Both the position numbers and the translations under genes were made by a program. DNA of 64,000 bases. Source: a virus. The DNA is taken from IMG/VR virus record IMGVR_UViG_3300021197_001243, positions 19,757-83,756 of that record. The stretch is one strand, 5' to 3'. This document shows, one piece after another, positions 49,351 to 58,419 of this stretch. Under the pieces are notes generated by a model. It saw only the letters and a list, made by a program, of their open reading frames with translations. It did not search any database and was not told where the DNA came from. How positions within the stretch are numbered: position 1 is the first letter of the stretch; each line of letters begins with the position of its first letter.

Positions 49351-51563
49351 TATTTTTTATCTTTTTTATTTGCTGCTTTACGAGAGATATCTTCTTTAGC
49401 CCTATTAGATCTTTCTTTTTCACTTAACTCTCTTTCTTTTATAGCGTTAGCTTTATCTTGATAGCTATTATCTACGGGAGGTGGAGGCATTTCTTCTTTA
49501 TTTGCAATCTCCGCAACTTCAATTTTTGTATCTCTGTCAAGCTGCATATTCATATTGTGATCTTTTCTCTCTTGCTCTTTAAGTGCAACTTCTGCTTGAC
49601 GTAATTCTTGTTCAGCCTGACTTTGAGCCGCTTCAAGTTCTTGCATTTCTGCTTCAGCTTCTTTGATCTTATCTTTCATCATAATGAAGCTTTCAGAATC
49701 AACTATGTCTGCCACTGTACTTGCAGCTATACCGTTTTGTAGCATACCCATACCTAACTCTTTCATTAGATTAAGTTTTTCAAGCTCTTTAGTAGCATCT
49801 GATACAAAAATTCCTAAGTCCGCCTCTAAGTAAGGTAAAGGGTCTATACTTAAAAACTCTACAGCTCCGTCAGGCATTACATACTGTGCTTTTTTACCAG
49901 TTATCCATGCTTCTTTAGAGTAATCTAATAAAGCTTGTAAATCTCTTTGTTCCACTCCAGCAAATTTCCTGTAAAGATCCTCAGTGGTATGTGCACTCTG
50001 TACGATAGCCTGCTGACTTGTAGCTTTACCATCATATTCAGACATCCCACCCATTCTTTGACGGTTAACACCTGAAACTCTCTCCCATTCTACTTGAATA
50101 GAATTAAGTAGTTCAACATAAGTACCCATTGTCTTCATAGAAAGGTCAAGCACAGACTGATGTTGTGGACTCAGTTTTACTCCTTCTTTGTTGTAGTCTA
50201 TCCAGGCAATACCTGTACCTTCTACGTAGTACATGAATTTATCCATGTCCCATTTCTTAGGGATAAGGTTAATATCAAGTTGGGCAATAATATCTTTAGA
50301 TCTAGCTATAGCTAATTCAAGTCGATACTTATAAGTATTATAATTCAATTGGTAAGGTACCCCTAACATAACTAGAGATACATTCCTTGAATTTATATCT
50401 GAGTATTTTCTACCGTTTATAGGTAGTTTATTTTTTGAAGGGTTATCTATCGACATTCTTTGGTTGTCGAAAGGTCTCATATTAATATAAAGATCATCCC
50501 CAATACATATTCCTTGATAAACAAGGTTATGCCACTCCCATTCTATTTTAGCACCAAATTCTTTCAGTTCTGGTGGGATTCTAAATCCGTCTTCCACTTC
50601 CATTGTCTCCATACCTCCTGTTTCAGGATCGAAGAAGGTCATAAACCCTGTTCTTTGCATGGATTGCCAGTAAAGTATCCTTACCCGTACAAGTCGGTCT
50701 CTTAACTCTTCTTGTCTATTGACATAATTAGAGTCATAGAAAAACCCTGCATCACCTGCACTCTGAAACACCTGATCAATTTGTTCAGGGGTAAGGTCTC
50801 TCCCCCATTTTTCTACTACAGAAGATGGATGCATGTATTTGGTTACCATTGCCCAATCACCATCCTCTACATAGTCTAAATCCGGATCTAGATCATAGTC
50901 TACATCTAAGGGGTTAAGAATATCATAAAATACTTCGTCATTTCTTACACCTCGCTCCGTGTAGCATTCTCCTGCTACTAAAAAGTGAAACCAGGCTTTT
51001 TGAATTTTTTCATGTACCTGACAATGTTGGAGAATGTAATTCATTCCCTTTTGTCCTAAGATAGCTCTTGTGTCAGTGTAACTCCTGTCGAACATTTTTG
51101 CTAGTTCTTCAGGTAGTTGAGGCTGTTCTTGAGTTGGAACTCCTGTTTCCATACCCATAACATTTAATTCATTTACAAAAGCTTGTTTCATAGATTCTAA
51201 AACAACTGCTTTCTTCTCCTCTTCCATACGGGAAACGGAGTCCGAATTCTGCACGGTCACTGTATAGCTGAACGGACGCTTTGCCTTTTCCCCGAGAAGT
51301 AGGTCAATAATCGGTTTAATAAGGGGATAGTTGCGCATTTTTGAAGGGAAGTTCTTACGGGCTTTGCCGTAAGGCTGCACAACATACTGATAGTCGTCAT
51401 CGTGTATAACACCATTGTAGTAATCGTACAGCTTTCGGAGCTCCTCTTTCCTGTAAGTTCTTCCGTCTTCGGCAATAGAAAAATAGGACTCCATCGTATC
51501 GATGGCCCATTGTTTAGTTTTTCTTGCCTGTGGTATTCTTTGATTTGGTATCTCGCTATACAT
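49350..51563 (-). CDS. Portal protein (crAss-like)
   Basis: IPNQRIP...YDYYNG...RNYPLIKPIIDLLLGE...KLPING...YQLNYN...VSGVNRQRMG; directly downstream of TerL. Confidence 0.92.
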   Translation of the reverse strand: MYSEIPNQRIPQARKTKQWAIDTMESYFSIAEDGRTYRKEELRKLYDYYNGVIHDDDYQYVVQPYGKARKNFPSKMRNYPLIKPIIDLLLGEKAKRPFSYTVTVQNSDSVSRMEEEKKAVVLESMKQAFVNELNVMGMETGVPTQEQPQLPEELAKMFDRSYTDTRAILGQKGMNYILQHCQVHEKIQKAWFHFLVAGECYTERGVRNDEVFYDILNPLDVDYDLDPDLDYVEDGDWAMVTKYMHPSSVVEKWGRDLTPEQIDQVFQSAGDAGFFYDSNYVNRQEELRDRLVRVRILYWQSMQRTGFMTFFDPETGGMETMEVEDGFRIPPELKEFGAKIEWEWHNLVYQGICIGDDLYINMRPFDNQRMSIDNPSKNKLPINGRKYSDINSRNVSLVMLGVPYQLNYNTYKYRLELAIARSKDIIAQLDINLIPKKWDMDKFMYYVEGTGIAWIDYNKEGVKLSPQHQSVLDLSMKTMGTYVELLNSIQVEWERVSGVNRQRMGGMSEYDGKATSQQAIVQSAHTTEDLYRKFAGVEQRDLQALLDYSKEAWITGKKAQYVMPDGAVEFLSIDPLPYLEADLGIFVSDATKELEKLNLMKELGMGMLQNGIAASTVADIVDSESFIMMKDKIKEAEAEMQELEAAQSQAEQELRQAEVALKEQERKDHNMNMQLDRDTKIEVAEIANKEEMPPPPVDNSYQDKANAIKERELSEKERSNRAKEDISRKAANKKDKK

Positions 51564-51568
51564 TCTTA

Positions 51569-51640
51569 CAAAGTTACTTTATACTTATGATGACTCTTAG
51601 TACCTACAGATTTTTAAAATACCTTTTATAATAAGGCATT
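51569..51640 (-). promoter_or_regulatory. Late promoter: TAACTTTG -7 element plus upstream AATGCCTTATTATAA box
   Basis: TAnnTTTG at 51569-51576, 5 nt before the portal ATG; upstream box at 51626-51640. Confidence 0.65.
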
Positions 51641-53615
51641 ATTTATACTGTTGGTCAAACCAGTCGTCAACAGATCTGTCCCCTAATACTTCAGAAACTT
51701 CTGCGTTATAAAGTTCTTGGGTATGATACATACCTATCATAAGCGCCATAACTCGGTCAAAGTTGCCTTTATGATTGAACTTTATTAGTTCCTGCAATAG
51801 CGCAAGATCGTAAATTTTATGGACATTATAAAGTTGTTTCCCATCTACATCTTTTCCTCGAGGTGTTTGTAGCCAATCTCGTATGTAAAGTTCCCCTTGT
51901 TTTTTACGAGCCTCAGTCATATGCATACCATAGTTTCTCTTTACTGTCCGGGATTGAAGTTCTTTTTTATTAAGCATTTCAAACTCCTCTTGTAAAAAGT
52001 GCAGCTTCCTAAATCTTTTAGCAAAACTTATAACATCACCACGGTCATTTTCAAAACCTATCTTCGCGTTATAATACTGTGATAAGAGAAACATAATATT
52101 GTTAAATTCATCCTGGGACTTAGGTCTCCCAACGTAAGACGCTACGATCATATCATCAGGCTTTGAAACATTATTAACCCTCTTTATAACATAGGCCGCA
52201 CCTAATGATCTAGAGTCACTAGATTGATTTTGTCCATAAGGGTCATGACATAAGAAGTAGAGGAGGTTAGGGGCTTTACCTTCTACTTTATGGGGTGTTT
52301 CATATACTACTACAGCTCCGTTTATATCGTCTCCTTTCCTATGTGGGTATTTAGTTATCTGCTTTCTATCTCCGTTAGGTTTAAATATAACTTCCCCTTT
52401 AGCGCTAGTAGTAAGATCTCCAGCTGTACCTAAAGCATGTAAAGCCTTCGCCCTAACTCTATTGTATTGTTCCTGGATAAGTGCAAGATCAAATAAATTA
52501 GATGAGACTTGTAGAGTTGCTTCTGCAGGTGAGAAAGGATGCTCTGCTAAATACTGATCATAAGCACTTGCGTCGTTCCCACCTCTTTTCTTCTCTCTTT
52601 CTCCTGCCTCAAATTCTTTAGCTTCTGCTATAAGTGAGTTTCCTTCATCATCTATAAAGCCATCTAAGATCTCATAGATAGGTACAAAGTACCCGCACCG
52701 GGTCCCTGACATTCCTTCATCCCATACATTTTCAAATGCCATGCAGTCATAAGTATCAGGATGATAGAATAATTCTTCAAGGGCTTCAAAGCCATCCCCC
52801 TCTGTACCACCTGTACCGAAGGCTATCATTGTACCTAGGGTTTTGTTACCCTGTCTCATAGTTGGCATAGCCATACCCCACGCTTCTAAAAGACCAGGGA
52901 AAGCACCGGCCTCTTCAAAGAATATAAGTTCGCCTGCTTTACCCCTTACTTTATCAGGGTCATCTTTTAGTGATACTCCTGCTATAGAGGCTTGCATACC
53001 TGCATCTACAAACTGCCCACTAACTTTCTTTTTATACCCTGAAGTTTTAGCCATTGCTGTATCTAGTAGTCTAGGCTGTGTCCAGGCTGTATTAGAGTCA
53101 ATAAAGTTTACAATCTCCCATGCTTTTGTAAGGATTGCATCTACCCCGGTCAAGTACTCCTTCATACCTGCAAACACAAAGTTCTTAGAGTTCTTTATAA
53201 GGAAATAGTTTCTTGCAAGCATAGAAGCTGCTTTATAAGAGTATCCTTTACGACGTGCTTTAAGAACCACCATATGCTTGTCCTCATCCCTACATTTTTC
53301 TAAGTGAGAGAAGTATTTGTGGTCATTATCATAGAACCTAGGCCAGTACTGCTTTCTCATAGGTCTAGTGGATCCATCAGGAAGTATTTCATCTTTTACC
53401 ACCTTGATTCTACAGTAGTTAAGATAGAAATAGTGGAAACCTGAAACTGTTATATCTCCTTCAGGTGTGGTATATCCGTATAGGCATCTTTTCTTTTCTT
53501 CATCCCAGAAGTCGTAATAAGCTTTAGTTCCTTTTGGTGCGGGAGTATAAAAACCGTGCTCATCAAAGTAATTAGCCGCAGGAGAAAGTCTATGTGTATC
53601 CTTAAATTTATTCAC
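51639..53615 (-). CDS. terL: Terminase large subunit
   Basis: HYFYLNY; Walker A VLKARRKGYSY; Walker B IFFEEAG; FGTGG; nuclease domain DPY...FENDRG...GNFDRV. Confidence 0.95.
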   Translation of the reverse strand: MNKFKDTHRLSPAANYFDEHGFYTPAPKGTKAYYDFWDEEKKRCLYGYTTPEGDITVSGFHYFYLNYCRIKVVKDEILPDGSTRPMRKQYWPRFYDNDHKYFSHLEKCRDEDKHMVVLKARRKGYSYKAASMLARNYFLIKNSKNFVFAGMKEYLTGVDAILTKAWEIVNFIDSNTAWTQPRLLDTAMAKTSGYKKKVSGQFVDAGMQASIAGVSLKDDPDKVRGKAGELIFFEEAGAFPGLLEAWGMAMPTMRQGNKTLGTMIAFGTGGTEGDGFEALEELFYHPDTYDCMAFENVWDEGMSGTRCGYFVPIYEILDGFIDDEGNSLIAEAKEFEAGEREKKRGGNDASAYDQYLAEHPFSPAEATLQVSSNLFDLALIQEQYNRVRAKALHALGTAGDLTTSAKGEVIFKPNGDRKQITKYPHRKGDDINGAVVVYETPHKVEGKAPNLLYFLCHDPYGQNQSSDSRSLGAAYVIKRVNNVSKPDDMIVASYVGRPKSQDEFNNIMFLLSQYYNAKIGFENDRGDVISFAKRFRKLHFLQEEFEMLNKKELQSRTVKRNYGMHMTEARKKQGELYIRDWLQTPRGKDVDGKQLYNVHKIYDLALLQELIKFNHKGNFDRVMALMIGMYHTQELYNAEVSEVLGDRSVDDWFDQQYK

Positions 53616-54126
53616 TGTACTTATCTACTTGTACTCCTCCCCAGGTATCACTAAGTTCACTTTCTTTTCTAACTGCATCTTCAAGTTCTTTAAGGCCGTT
53701 AGTAGTTTTCCCCATAGTCTCTAATATTCTTACATGTTTTACAGGGTCGTAGTCTTCATCTGTAATATCAATACTATCTAACCAATCTGCTAAGTATGAT
53801 ACAGACTTCCTTGACTTTTTTAGTAAAATCATAATAGAAGAGTCATGTCTATTATACTCCTCCATACCAGCTTTGGTATACTTATCCACTTTAAAAGTTT
53901 TGTTGAATACTGCTGCTTGTACCTCTTTATGTTTTTGAACATCATCGTATGCATTGTAAATTGAATGCAAATCACACATGAAATAGATATAAGAAAGTCT
54001 TTTTATAGCTTCTTCTGAGCTGAAATTGTCTACAATATCTTTAAAAGCTTTTACCGTAAGGCAGTATGGGGTTGGCTCAATCTTTAGATTGTCCGTTGTT
54101 TTTAATAGACTTTCTCTTAGCATCAT
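53608..54126 (-). CDS. Conserved protein upstream of TerL, possibly terminase small subunit
   Basis: Helical 172 aa (LSYIYFMCD...LKELEDAVRKE...WGG) overlapping the terL start. Confidence 0.55.
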   Translation of the reverse strand: MMLRESLLKTTDNLKIEPTPYCLTVKAFKDIVDNFSSEEAIKRLSYIYFMCDLHSIYNAYDDVQKHKEVQAAVFNKTFKVDKYTKAGMEEYNRHDSSIMILLKKSRKSVSYLADWLDSIDITDEDYDPVKHVRILETMGKTTNGLKELEDAVRKESELSDTWGGVQVDKYSE

Positions 54127-54322
54127 TTAAATATTTTAGTCGTCCAGGTTTAACTTTGAACACCCCAAATGATGGACAACGTATAGCCTCGAACTTACCC
54201 TCAGACATTGTTTTGGCTGCGAGTTTAAATTGAGAATTTACTATTTTCTCTACCTCTTTAAGTGGGAGATTGTACTTAGTCGCTAGGATCTGTATCAGTT
54301 CCTTCTTTCCCTTTGCTGCCAT
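54077..54322 (-). CDS. HU/IHF-like DNA-binding protein
   Basis: KKELIQILATKYNLPLKEVEKIVNSQF...IRCPSFGVFKVK is a DNABII signature. Confidence 0.75.
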   Translation of the reverse strand: MAAKGKKELIQILATKYNLPLKEVEKIVNSQFKLAAKTMSEGKFEAIRCPSFGVFKVKPGRLKYLNDAKRKSIKNNGQSKD

Positions 54323-54557
54323 TCGTTGCTAACCATTTAGGTGGATTATCTGCACACTGTGAAGTTCTCCAACGTGCTTTTACAGGCATATGGCACCCAC
54401 ATAACCCGCAAGATCTAGAAGGGGTAAAATGCTCACAATCCACACAAGTCTTCATTCTTGTAGTGTACTCTGTAACAGTTACATGTTTAAACCCATCATT
54501 ACCGTGTTTCTTAAGAGCTTCTGCAAACTCCCATATCATTTTTGCAAATCCTTTCAT
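54276..54557 (-). CDS. Small Cys-rich (zinc-binding) protein
   Basis: RMKTCVDCEHF...CGLCGCHMPVKA...QC...KW. Confidence 0.7.
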   Translation of the reverse strand: MKGFAKMIWEFAEALKKHGNDGFKHVTVTEYTTRMKTCVDCEHFTPSRSCGLCGCHMPVKARWRTSQCADNPPKWLATNGSKGKEGTDTDPSD

Positions 54558-54700
54558 TACCAGTTTAACATAGTTTGAATAAATATACTTAGAGGGACAC
54601 CTTTAGAGCTGTAGTTTATAGTTATAACTTTGAAGTCGTTTGTGTACACTTCTGCTACCAGGCTATCACCCGGAGTTCCTATGTAAAGAGATCTCCACAT
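54557..54700 (-). CDS. Small hypothetical protein (47 aa), absent from the ORF track
   Basis: MWRSLYIGTPGDSLVAEVYTNDFKVITINYSSKGVPLSIFIQTMLNW fills the gap and is TAATG-coupled to the next gene. Confidence 0.5.
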   Translation of the reverse strand: MWRSLYIGTPGDSLVAEVYTNDFKVITINYSSKGVPLSIFIQTMLNW

Positions 54701-54998
54701 TGTCTAGTTCTTTAAAAAGTTTAGAGTATTCATAAACATTATCCTTAATAACTACAGCTTTTTTGTCTTTAAGCCTTTTTATATAAGTACTTATAACTCC
54801 TAGGGTTATCCCTGCAACCTCTGCAGTTTTAACTCTATGATCTTTACTGCAAAATTCTTTATGCTCAGTATCTATAAGTTTAGCAAGGATTGAGATTTCT
54901 TTATCCGTCAAATTGTAGATACCGTTCCAAAGTTTAATACTCTGGAAGGTATCCGCAATAGGTATCTTTAATTTTATTTTTTTGCTATCAGTCGACAT
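54666..54998 (-). CDS. Winged helix-turn-helix protein
   Basis: NLTDKEISILAKL...TAEVAGITLGVISTYIKRLKDKKAVV. Confidence 0.65.
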   Translation of the reverse strand: MSTDSKKIKLKIPIADTFQSIKLWNGIYNLTDKEISILAKLIDTEHKEFCSKDHRVKTAEVAGITLGVISTYIKRLKDKKAVVIKDNVYEYSKLFKELDNVEISLHRNSG

Positions 54999-55213
54999 CC
55001 TTCGGGTGTTATTTCCAGTTTAGAAAATCCTTGTGGTATCCTATTATAACTATCAGCTATCAACTTCATATCCGTTGTTTTAGCCATGTGATTTAATAAG
55101 TTTGAAACTTCTCGATCAAGATCTTTAGCAATCCGTTTAGCTTTTTCACCTATTTCCGAATTACTCTTTAAAGTTTCAAAATCCTCTAAGGATATTGTAA
55201 CTGTTCCTTTCAT
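54974..55213 (-). CDS. Hypothetical protein
   Basis: 79-aa ORF coupled to both neighbours; begins TVTISLEDFETLK. Confidence 0.6.
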   Translation of the reverse strand: MKGTVTISLEDFETLKSNSEIGEKAKRIAKDLDREVSNLLNHMAKTTDMKLIADSYNRIPQGFSKLEITPEGCRLIAKK

Positions 55214-55506
55214 TACTCTACCATCATTACCTGATTCTCTTGGATCATCAAGTATGCTTTTTCATCTGTATCGTGAACAACAGCAAAAGGAATACGTGGG
55301 TCTACAATGACCATACTCTCTTTTACAATACTCTTATCTAGTACTCTTTCTCCAACGGAGTGTACTTCAAGAATATTAGTTTTTATTTCATCCATCTGGT
55401 CTTCCTCCATAGCAGCTTTCGCTTCTTTTGATAGATGGATAACAGGTTTGTCTTTCTTTGGTGTTCTTGGATCTAGTAAGGCGATCCATGTTCCTGTAGC
55501 TTTCAT
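55213..55506 (-). CDS. GroES-like co-chaperonin
   Basis: 97 aa: MKATGTWIAL...IHL...LEVHSVG...V...YLMIQENQVMMV follows the GroES pattern (PLxDRVLV...GIIL...EVVAVG...YLILRExDILAV). Confidence 0.6.
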   Translation of the reverse strand: MKATGTWIALLDPRTPKKDKPVIHLSKEAKAAMEEDQMDEIKTNILEVHSVGERVLDKSIVKESMVIVDPRIPFAVVHDTDEKAYLMIQENQVMMVE

Positions 55507-55532
55507 TATAAAATATGTTATTAGTTCAATTA

Positions 55533-55540
55533 CAAATTTA
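55533..55540 (-). promoter_or_regulatory. Bacteroidota-type -7 promoter element (TAAATTTG)
   Basis: Intergenic TAnnTTTG followed by TAA, like the other late promoters; upstream of the GroES-like gene. Confidence 0.55.
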
Positions 55541-55547
55541 GTAATAT

Positions 55548-56366
55548 TTATTTGTTATTGAGATTAGACTGTTTCTTTGTCCAGTCATCCTCTAGTTTAT
55601 TTTGCCATACTTTATTTGAAATAGTGAAATACCTCCTGCACTTCTTAGCCTTACATTGTAACTGATGTTTAGGGATACCGGAGGCGCTATAACGTGTCTT
55701 ACGAAGTATTGTTTCTTCAGATCCACACGACGGACATGAAAATCTACCGTATCCTGTATGCGCACCTGCATGTGTATTATGATTTACATAAGGTTGTAAC
55801 TTATGGAATACATCCTCCAGGAGAATTACATCCTTCTTACAATACTCCACCATTTTATCCATAGCATCTTTATCGTTATGTAGAGTAATTTGTACCCAGT
55901 CATCAAATCCCACTGGACTTTTACCTTCATCAAAGAATAGCTTACCTAGATAGTCTAGTCTGTTAGAGTTGAATCTAAAATGTGTACGGGCTTTTTTAAG
56001 GGTGTCAAAACTGTTAAGTTTAGGTGGGCAATCAATACCATGTATAAGACATCGTGTACGGATCCACTTTTCGTCGAACCTATCACCATTATGTGCTACA
56101 AGTTCATCTGCAGTTTTAGCTACCGTCATAAAATGCGAAAGGAGCGCTTTGTCGCACCCCTCTTTCCATTCTAAACTATGTACTGTGTCTTGTCCCTCCC
56201 ATTTATAACATATACAGATTATAGCCCTCTCTTTAATTATGTTATTGTGGGATATGTTCAGTTTATACCCAGCTCCCCAAAAGAACCCGATATTTGGAGA
56301 CGTCTCTATATCATAGAACAATCTCTTAAAGCCCTCTGGGGGCATCTCGAAGTTTAATAGTTTCAT
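55548..56366 (-). CDS. RNase H-fold 3'-5' exonuclease (DnaQ/YprB-like) with C-terminal zinc ribbon; probable start is the ATG at 56366
   Basis: ExoI LFYDIETSP, ExoII AHNGDRFD, ExoIII YCKKDV; CPSCGS...QCKAKKC. ATGA overlap with the upstream gene. Confidence 0.85.
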   Translation of the reverse strand: MKLLNFEMPPEGFKRLFYDIETSPNIGFFWGAGYKLNISHNNIIKERAIICICYKWEGQDTVHSLEWKEGCDKALLSHFMTVAKTADELVAHNGDRFDEKWIRTRCLIHGIDCPPKLNSFDTLKKARTHFRFNSNRLDYLGKLFFDEGKSPVGFDDWVQITLHNDKDAMDKMVEYCKKDVILLEDVFHKLQPYVNHNTHAGAHTGYGRFSCPSCGSEETILRKTRYSASGIPKHQLQCKAKKCRRYFTISNKVWQNKLEDDWTKKQSNLNNK

Positions 56367-56572
56367 GTGTTTTGTGGCATTATCCTTTCCCTGTAGAATT
56401 TTATATCCAGGGTTTTTATTTTTGCCGCTATAACCCTCCACTTATCATCGGCTTCTTTTCTCTCTGCATCTGTACTTTCTGTTCCAAGATTGCATTGAAT
56501 AGCTGCATTTTTTTCTAATAGGATATCAATTTCTTTTCTGATATCTTCTTCAGTGTGATAGTAATATGTCAT
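56363..56572 (-). CDS. Hypothetical protein
   Basis: 69-aa helical ORF with ATGA overlaps on both sides. Confidence 0.6.
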   Translation of the reverse strand: MTYYYHTEEDIRKEIDILLEKNAAIQCNLGTESTDAERKEADDKWRVIAAKIKTLDIKFYRERIMPQNT

Positions 56573-57186
56573 CTAGTAATTAAGTCGCGTCCTACTCCTA
56601 CAGATATAAAATGTTCCCCATTATATCCGTAACCAGCACTAATATAAGTCTTTTTAATTGAACTATGTATACCTACTCCAAAGAGTGGCTTATAAGATTG
56701 CTTAAAATCGCTTTGTAATCCTATAATACCGTGTATTCCTAAAGCCCAATTCAAAGGGACCTTTTTAGGGGTGTATGTCACCATCAAGTTTTCGGATCTG
56801 TTCTGATAGTTCTGCCAGTTCAAAGAAATACTAGCATTCTCTTGATCTATAGTTGTATCGTATTTAGCTATCTCTGTAAGCCAGGCTTCTACAATTTTAA
56901 CCGTGTCTACTAGAAAAAATGTATCTAATCGGTTAACTATAAGCTCTGATGTAATTGTATCTCTAACTGTAACTACCTCTCTTGTTACAAATCGAACTGT
57001 ATCAGTCCTCCACCTATCTACATATTCTATAGTGGGGATAGGTTTCTCTATAATAGTAATTATAGGTTTACCACTTGTACTACTGCAACCTTTCCAAGCT
57101 ACTATCACTCCCAGGAGGAATGCTATCAGGTAAGGTAAGTACTCTTTCAGTAGGTTTTTCGTTATGCTGTTTAACATCCAAATCAT
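56569..57186 (-). CDS. Lysis-cassette lipoprotein-like protein (candidate outer-membrane spanin component)
   Basis: Hydrophobic YLPYLIAFLLGVIVAWKG-C, TDTV/RDTI/VDTV repeats and C-terminal amphipathic beta strands; downstream of the endolysin. Confidence 0.55.
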   Translation of the reverse strand: MIWMLNSITKNLLKEYLPYLIAFLLGVIVAWKGCSSTSGKPIITIIEKPIPTIEYVDRWRTDTVRFVTREVVTVRDTITSELIVNRLDTFFLVDTVKIVEAWLTEIAKYDTTIDQENASISLNWQNYQNRSENLMVTYTPKKVPLNWALGIHGIIGLQSDFKQSYKPLFGVGIHSSIKKTYISAGYGYNGEHFISVGVGRDLITR

Positions 57187-57280
57187 TTTTAAGTGCTTCT
57201 ACTTTGACTCCTAATACTATTGTGAGTATTAAAAATACAAAGGTTAAAAGATAAAATAACTTTATTTCAAGATCTTTCAT
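57080..57280 (-). CDS. Small single-TM protein (candidate inner-membrane spanin component)
   Basis: N-terminal TM helix LFYLLTFVFLILTIVLGV; ATGA-coupled to the endolysin; overlaps the lipoprotein gene out of frame. Confidence 0.45.
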   Translation of the reverse strand: MKDLEIKLFYLLTFVFLILTIVLGVKVEALKNDLDVKQHNEKPTERVLTLPDSIPPGSDSSLERLQ

Positions 57281-57687
57281 ATGTTATTGTATTCCGCTTT
57301 TGCATCAAACGATGGACATGCTTTAGAGCTTACGTCTCTGTGACCTATAATCTCAGCATTAGGATATCTATCTTTTAGATCCTCTAATAAACACTTAAGA
57401 GTTTCTCTCTGGCCTTCAGTTCTAGTGTCTTTAGGTTCTAGGCTTTCATCTACACCTCCTACGTAACATACCCCTACAGAGTTTTTATTAAATCCTTTTG
57501 CATGTGCCCCGGATCTTGACTCTGGTCTACCTTTTTCTATAGATCCACTTAAAGGTATAACCCAATGATAACCTATATCACTCCAGCCGTTATCTTCAAC
57601 GTGCCACTTCCTAATAGTGTCAACAGATACGTCCCTACCTTCAGGTGTAGCACTACAGTGCACTATAATCTTATTTATATTTCTCAT
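57277..57687 (-). CDS. Endolysin: N-acetylmuramoyl-L-alanine amidase (T7 lysozyme-like, Amidase_2)
   Basis: IIVHCSAT...WHV...GWSDIGYH...GRP...GAHAKG.N..SVGVCYVGG...GHRD...KACPSFD. Confidence 0.95.
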   Translation of the reverse strand: MRNINKIIVHCSATPEGRDVSVDTIRKWHVEDNGWSDIGYHWVIPLSGSIEKGRPESRSGAHAKGFNKNSVGVCYVGGVDESLEPKDTRTEGQRETLKCLLEDLKDRYPNAEIIGHRDVSSKACPSFDAKAEYNNI

Positions 57688-57773
57688 TTTTATTTGTACT
57701 TCCCTTTTTAGAGCAGACCCTTGTCATTAAACATTTATTGTCGCATTCAGTGGGAGCTATTTTACACCATTTC

Positions 57774-58169
57774 TTAGGCTCTCTTTGACCAACCCTCAAT
57801 CTTTTTCATAAGATGTTTCCAGACATCTACGCCTGTAATGCTTGCAATATTTTCCATATTACTTTTAAACTCAACAATAGCAATGTAGCCTGCGGTCATT
57901 TGTGCTAAAGGTATAAAATCTATAAATGCAACTTCCATTAGTCTGCTTAAAATAATAGCAATAGAGTAGAAGATAATCTTGCTTACTGTACGAGCCATCC
58001 TATTGGAACGAATTTCTTCCCCTCTTACCTTTGCAGCCTTACAGCCGGTTATAACATCAGCAAATATTAAAACCCCTAGCCCTATAAGACCAGCAGTTAT
58101 AGGTGCAAAAAAGAATACTATATAAGGCACTCCTAGTTTTAATAGTGTGCTAAGTTCAAAAGCTCTCAT
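57774..58169 (-). CDS. Holin (phage holin 4 family-like)
   Basis: Two to three TM segments; ADVITG..AAK..GEEIRSNRMARTVSK...EFKSNMEN; adjacent to the endolysin. Confidence 0.8.
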   Translation of the reverse strand: MRAFELSTLLKLGVPYIVFFFAPITAGLIGLGVLIFADVITGCKAAKVRGEEIRSNRMARTVSKIIFYSIAIILSRLMEVAFIDFIPLAQMTAGYIAIVEFKSNMENIASITGVDVWKHLMKKIEGWSKRA

Positions 58170-58193
58170 TGTTATTTGTATTTCTTAGTAGGC

Positions 58194-58409
58194 TCATAAT
58201 ATCAAGTTACCATCTTCATCAATATCGGGTATAATTCCCCACTCCGCTAACTCTTCTATCCATTGTGCCTCATCTGTAAATTCGTCAAATATCCAAATGG
58301 TGTCAAAGACTTGATTAGGATCAACCCAACCATAAGTTTTTACCTCTGTCCTTTCATTGTCGAAACAGATGTAATAAGTAGTAACTGAAGGATACTTAAT
58401 TTCGTTCAT
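58194..58409 (-). CDS. Small acidic hypothetical protein; probable start is the ATG at 58409
   Basis: MNEIKYPSVTTYYICF...EAQWIEELAEWGI. A-rich leader directly after the DUF285 gene stop. Confidence 0.6.
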   Translation of the reverse strand: MNEIKYPSVTTYYICFDNERTEVKTYGWVDPNQVFDTIWIFDEFTDEAQWIEELAEWGIIPDIDEDGNLIL

Positions 58410-58419
58410 TGTCTTTGTT

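Noticed and set aside
51639-53615. Intein or intron in terL (also considered for MCP, portal and vRNAP)
   Set aside because: The ORFs are uninterrupted and of ordinary length. I saw no C...HN splice motifs or homing endonuclease signatures.
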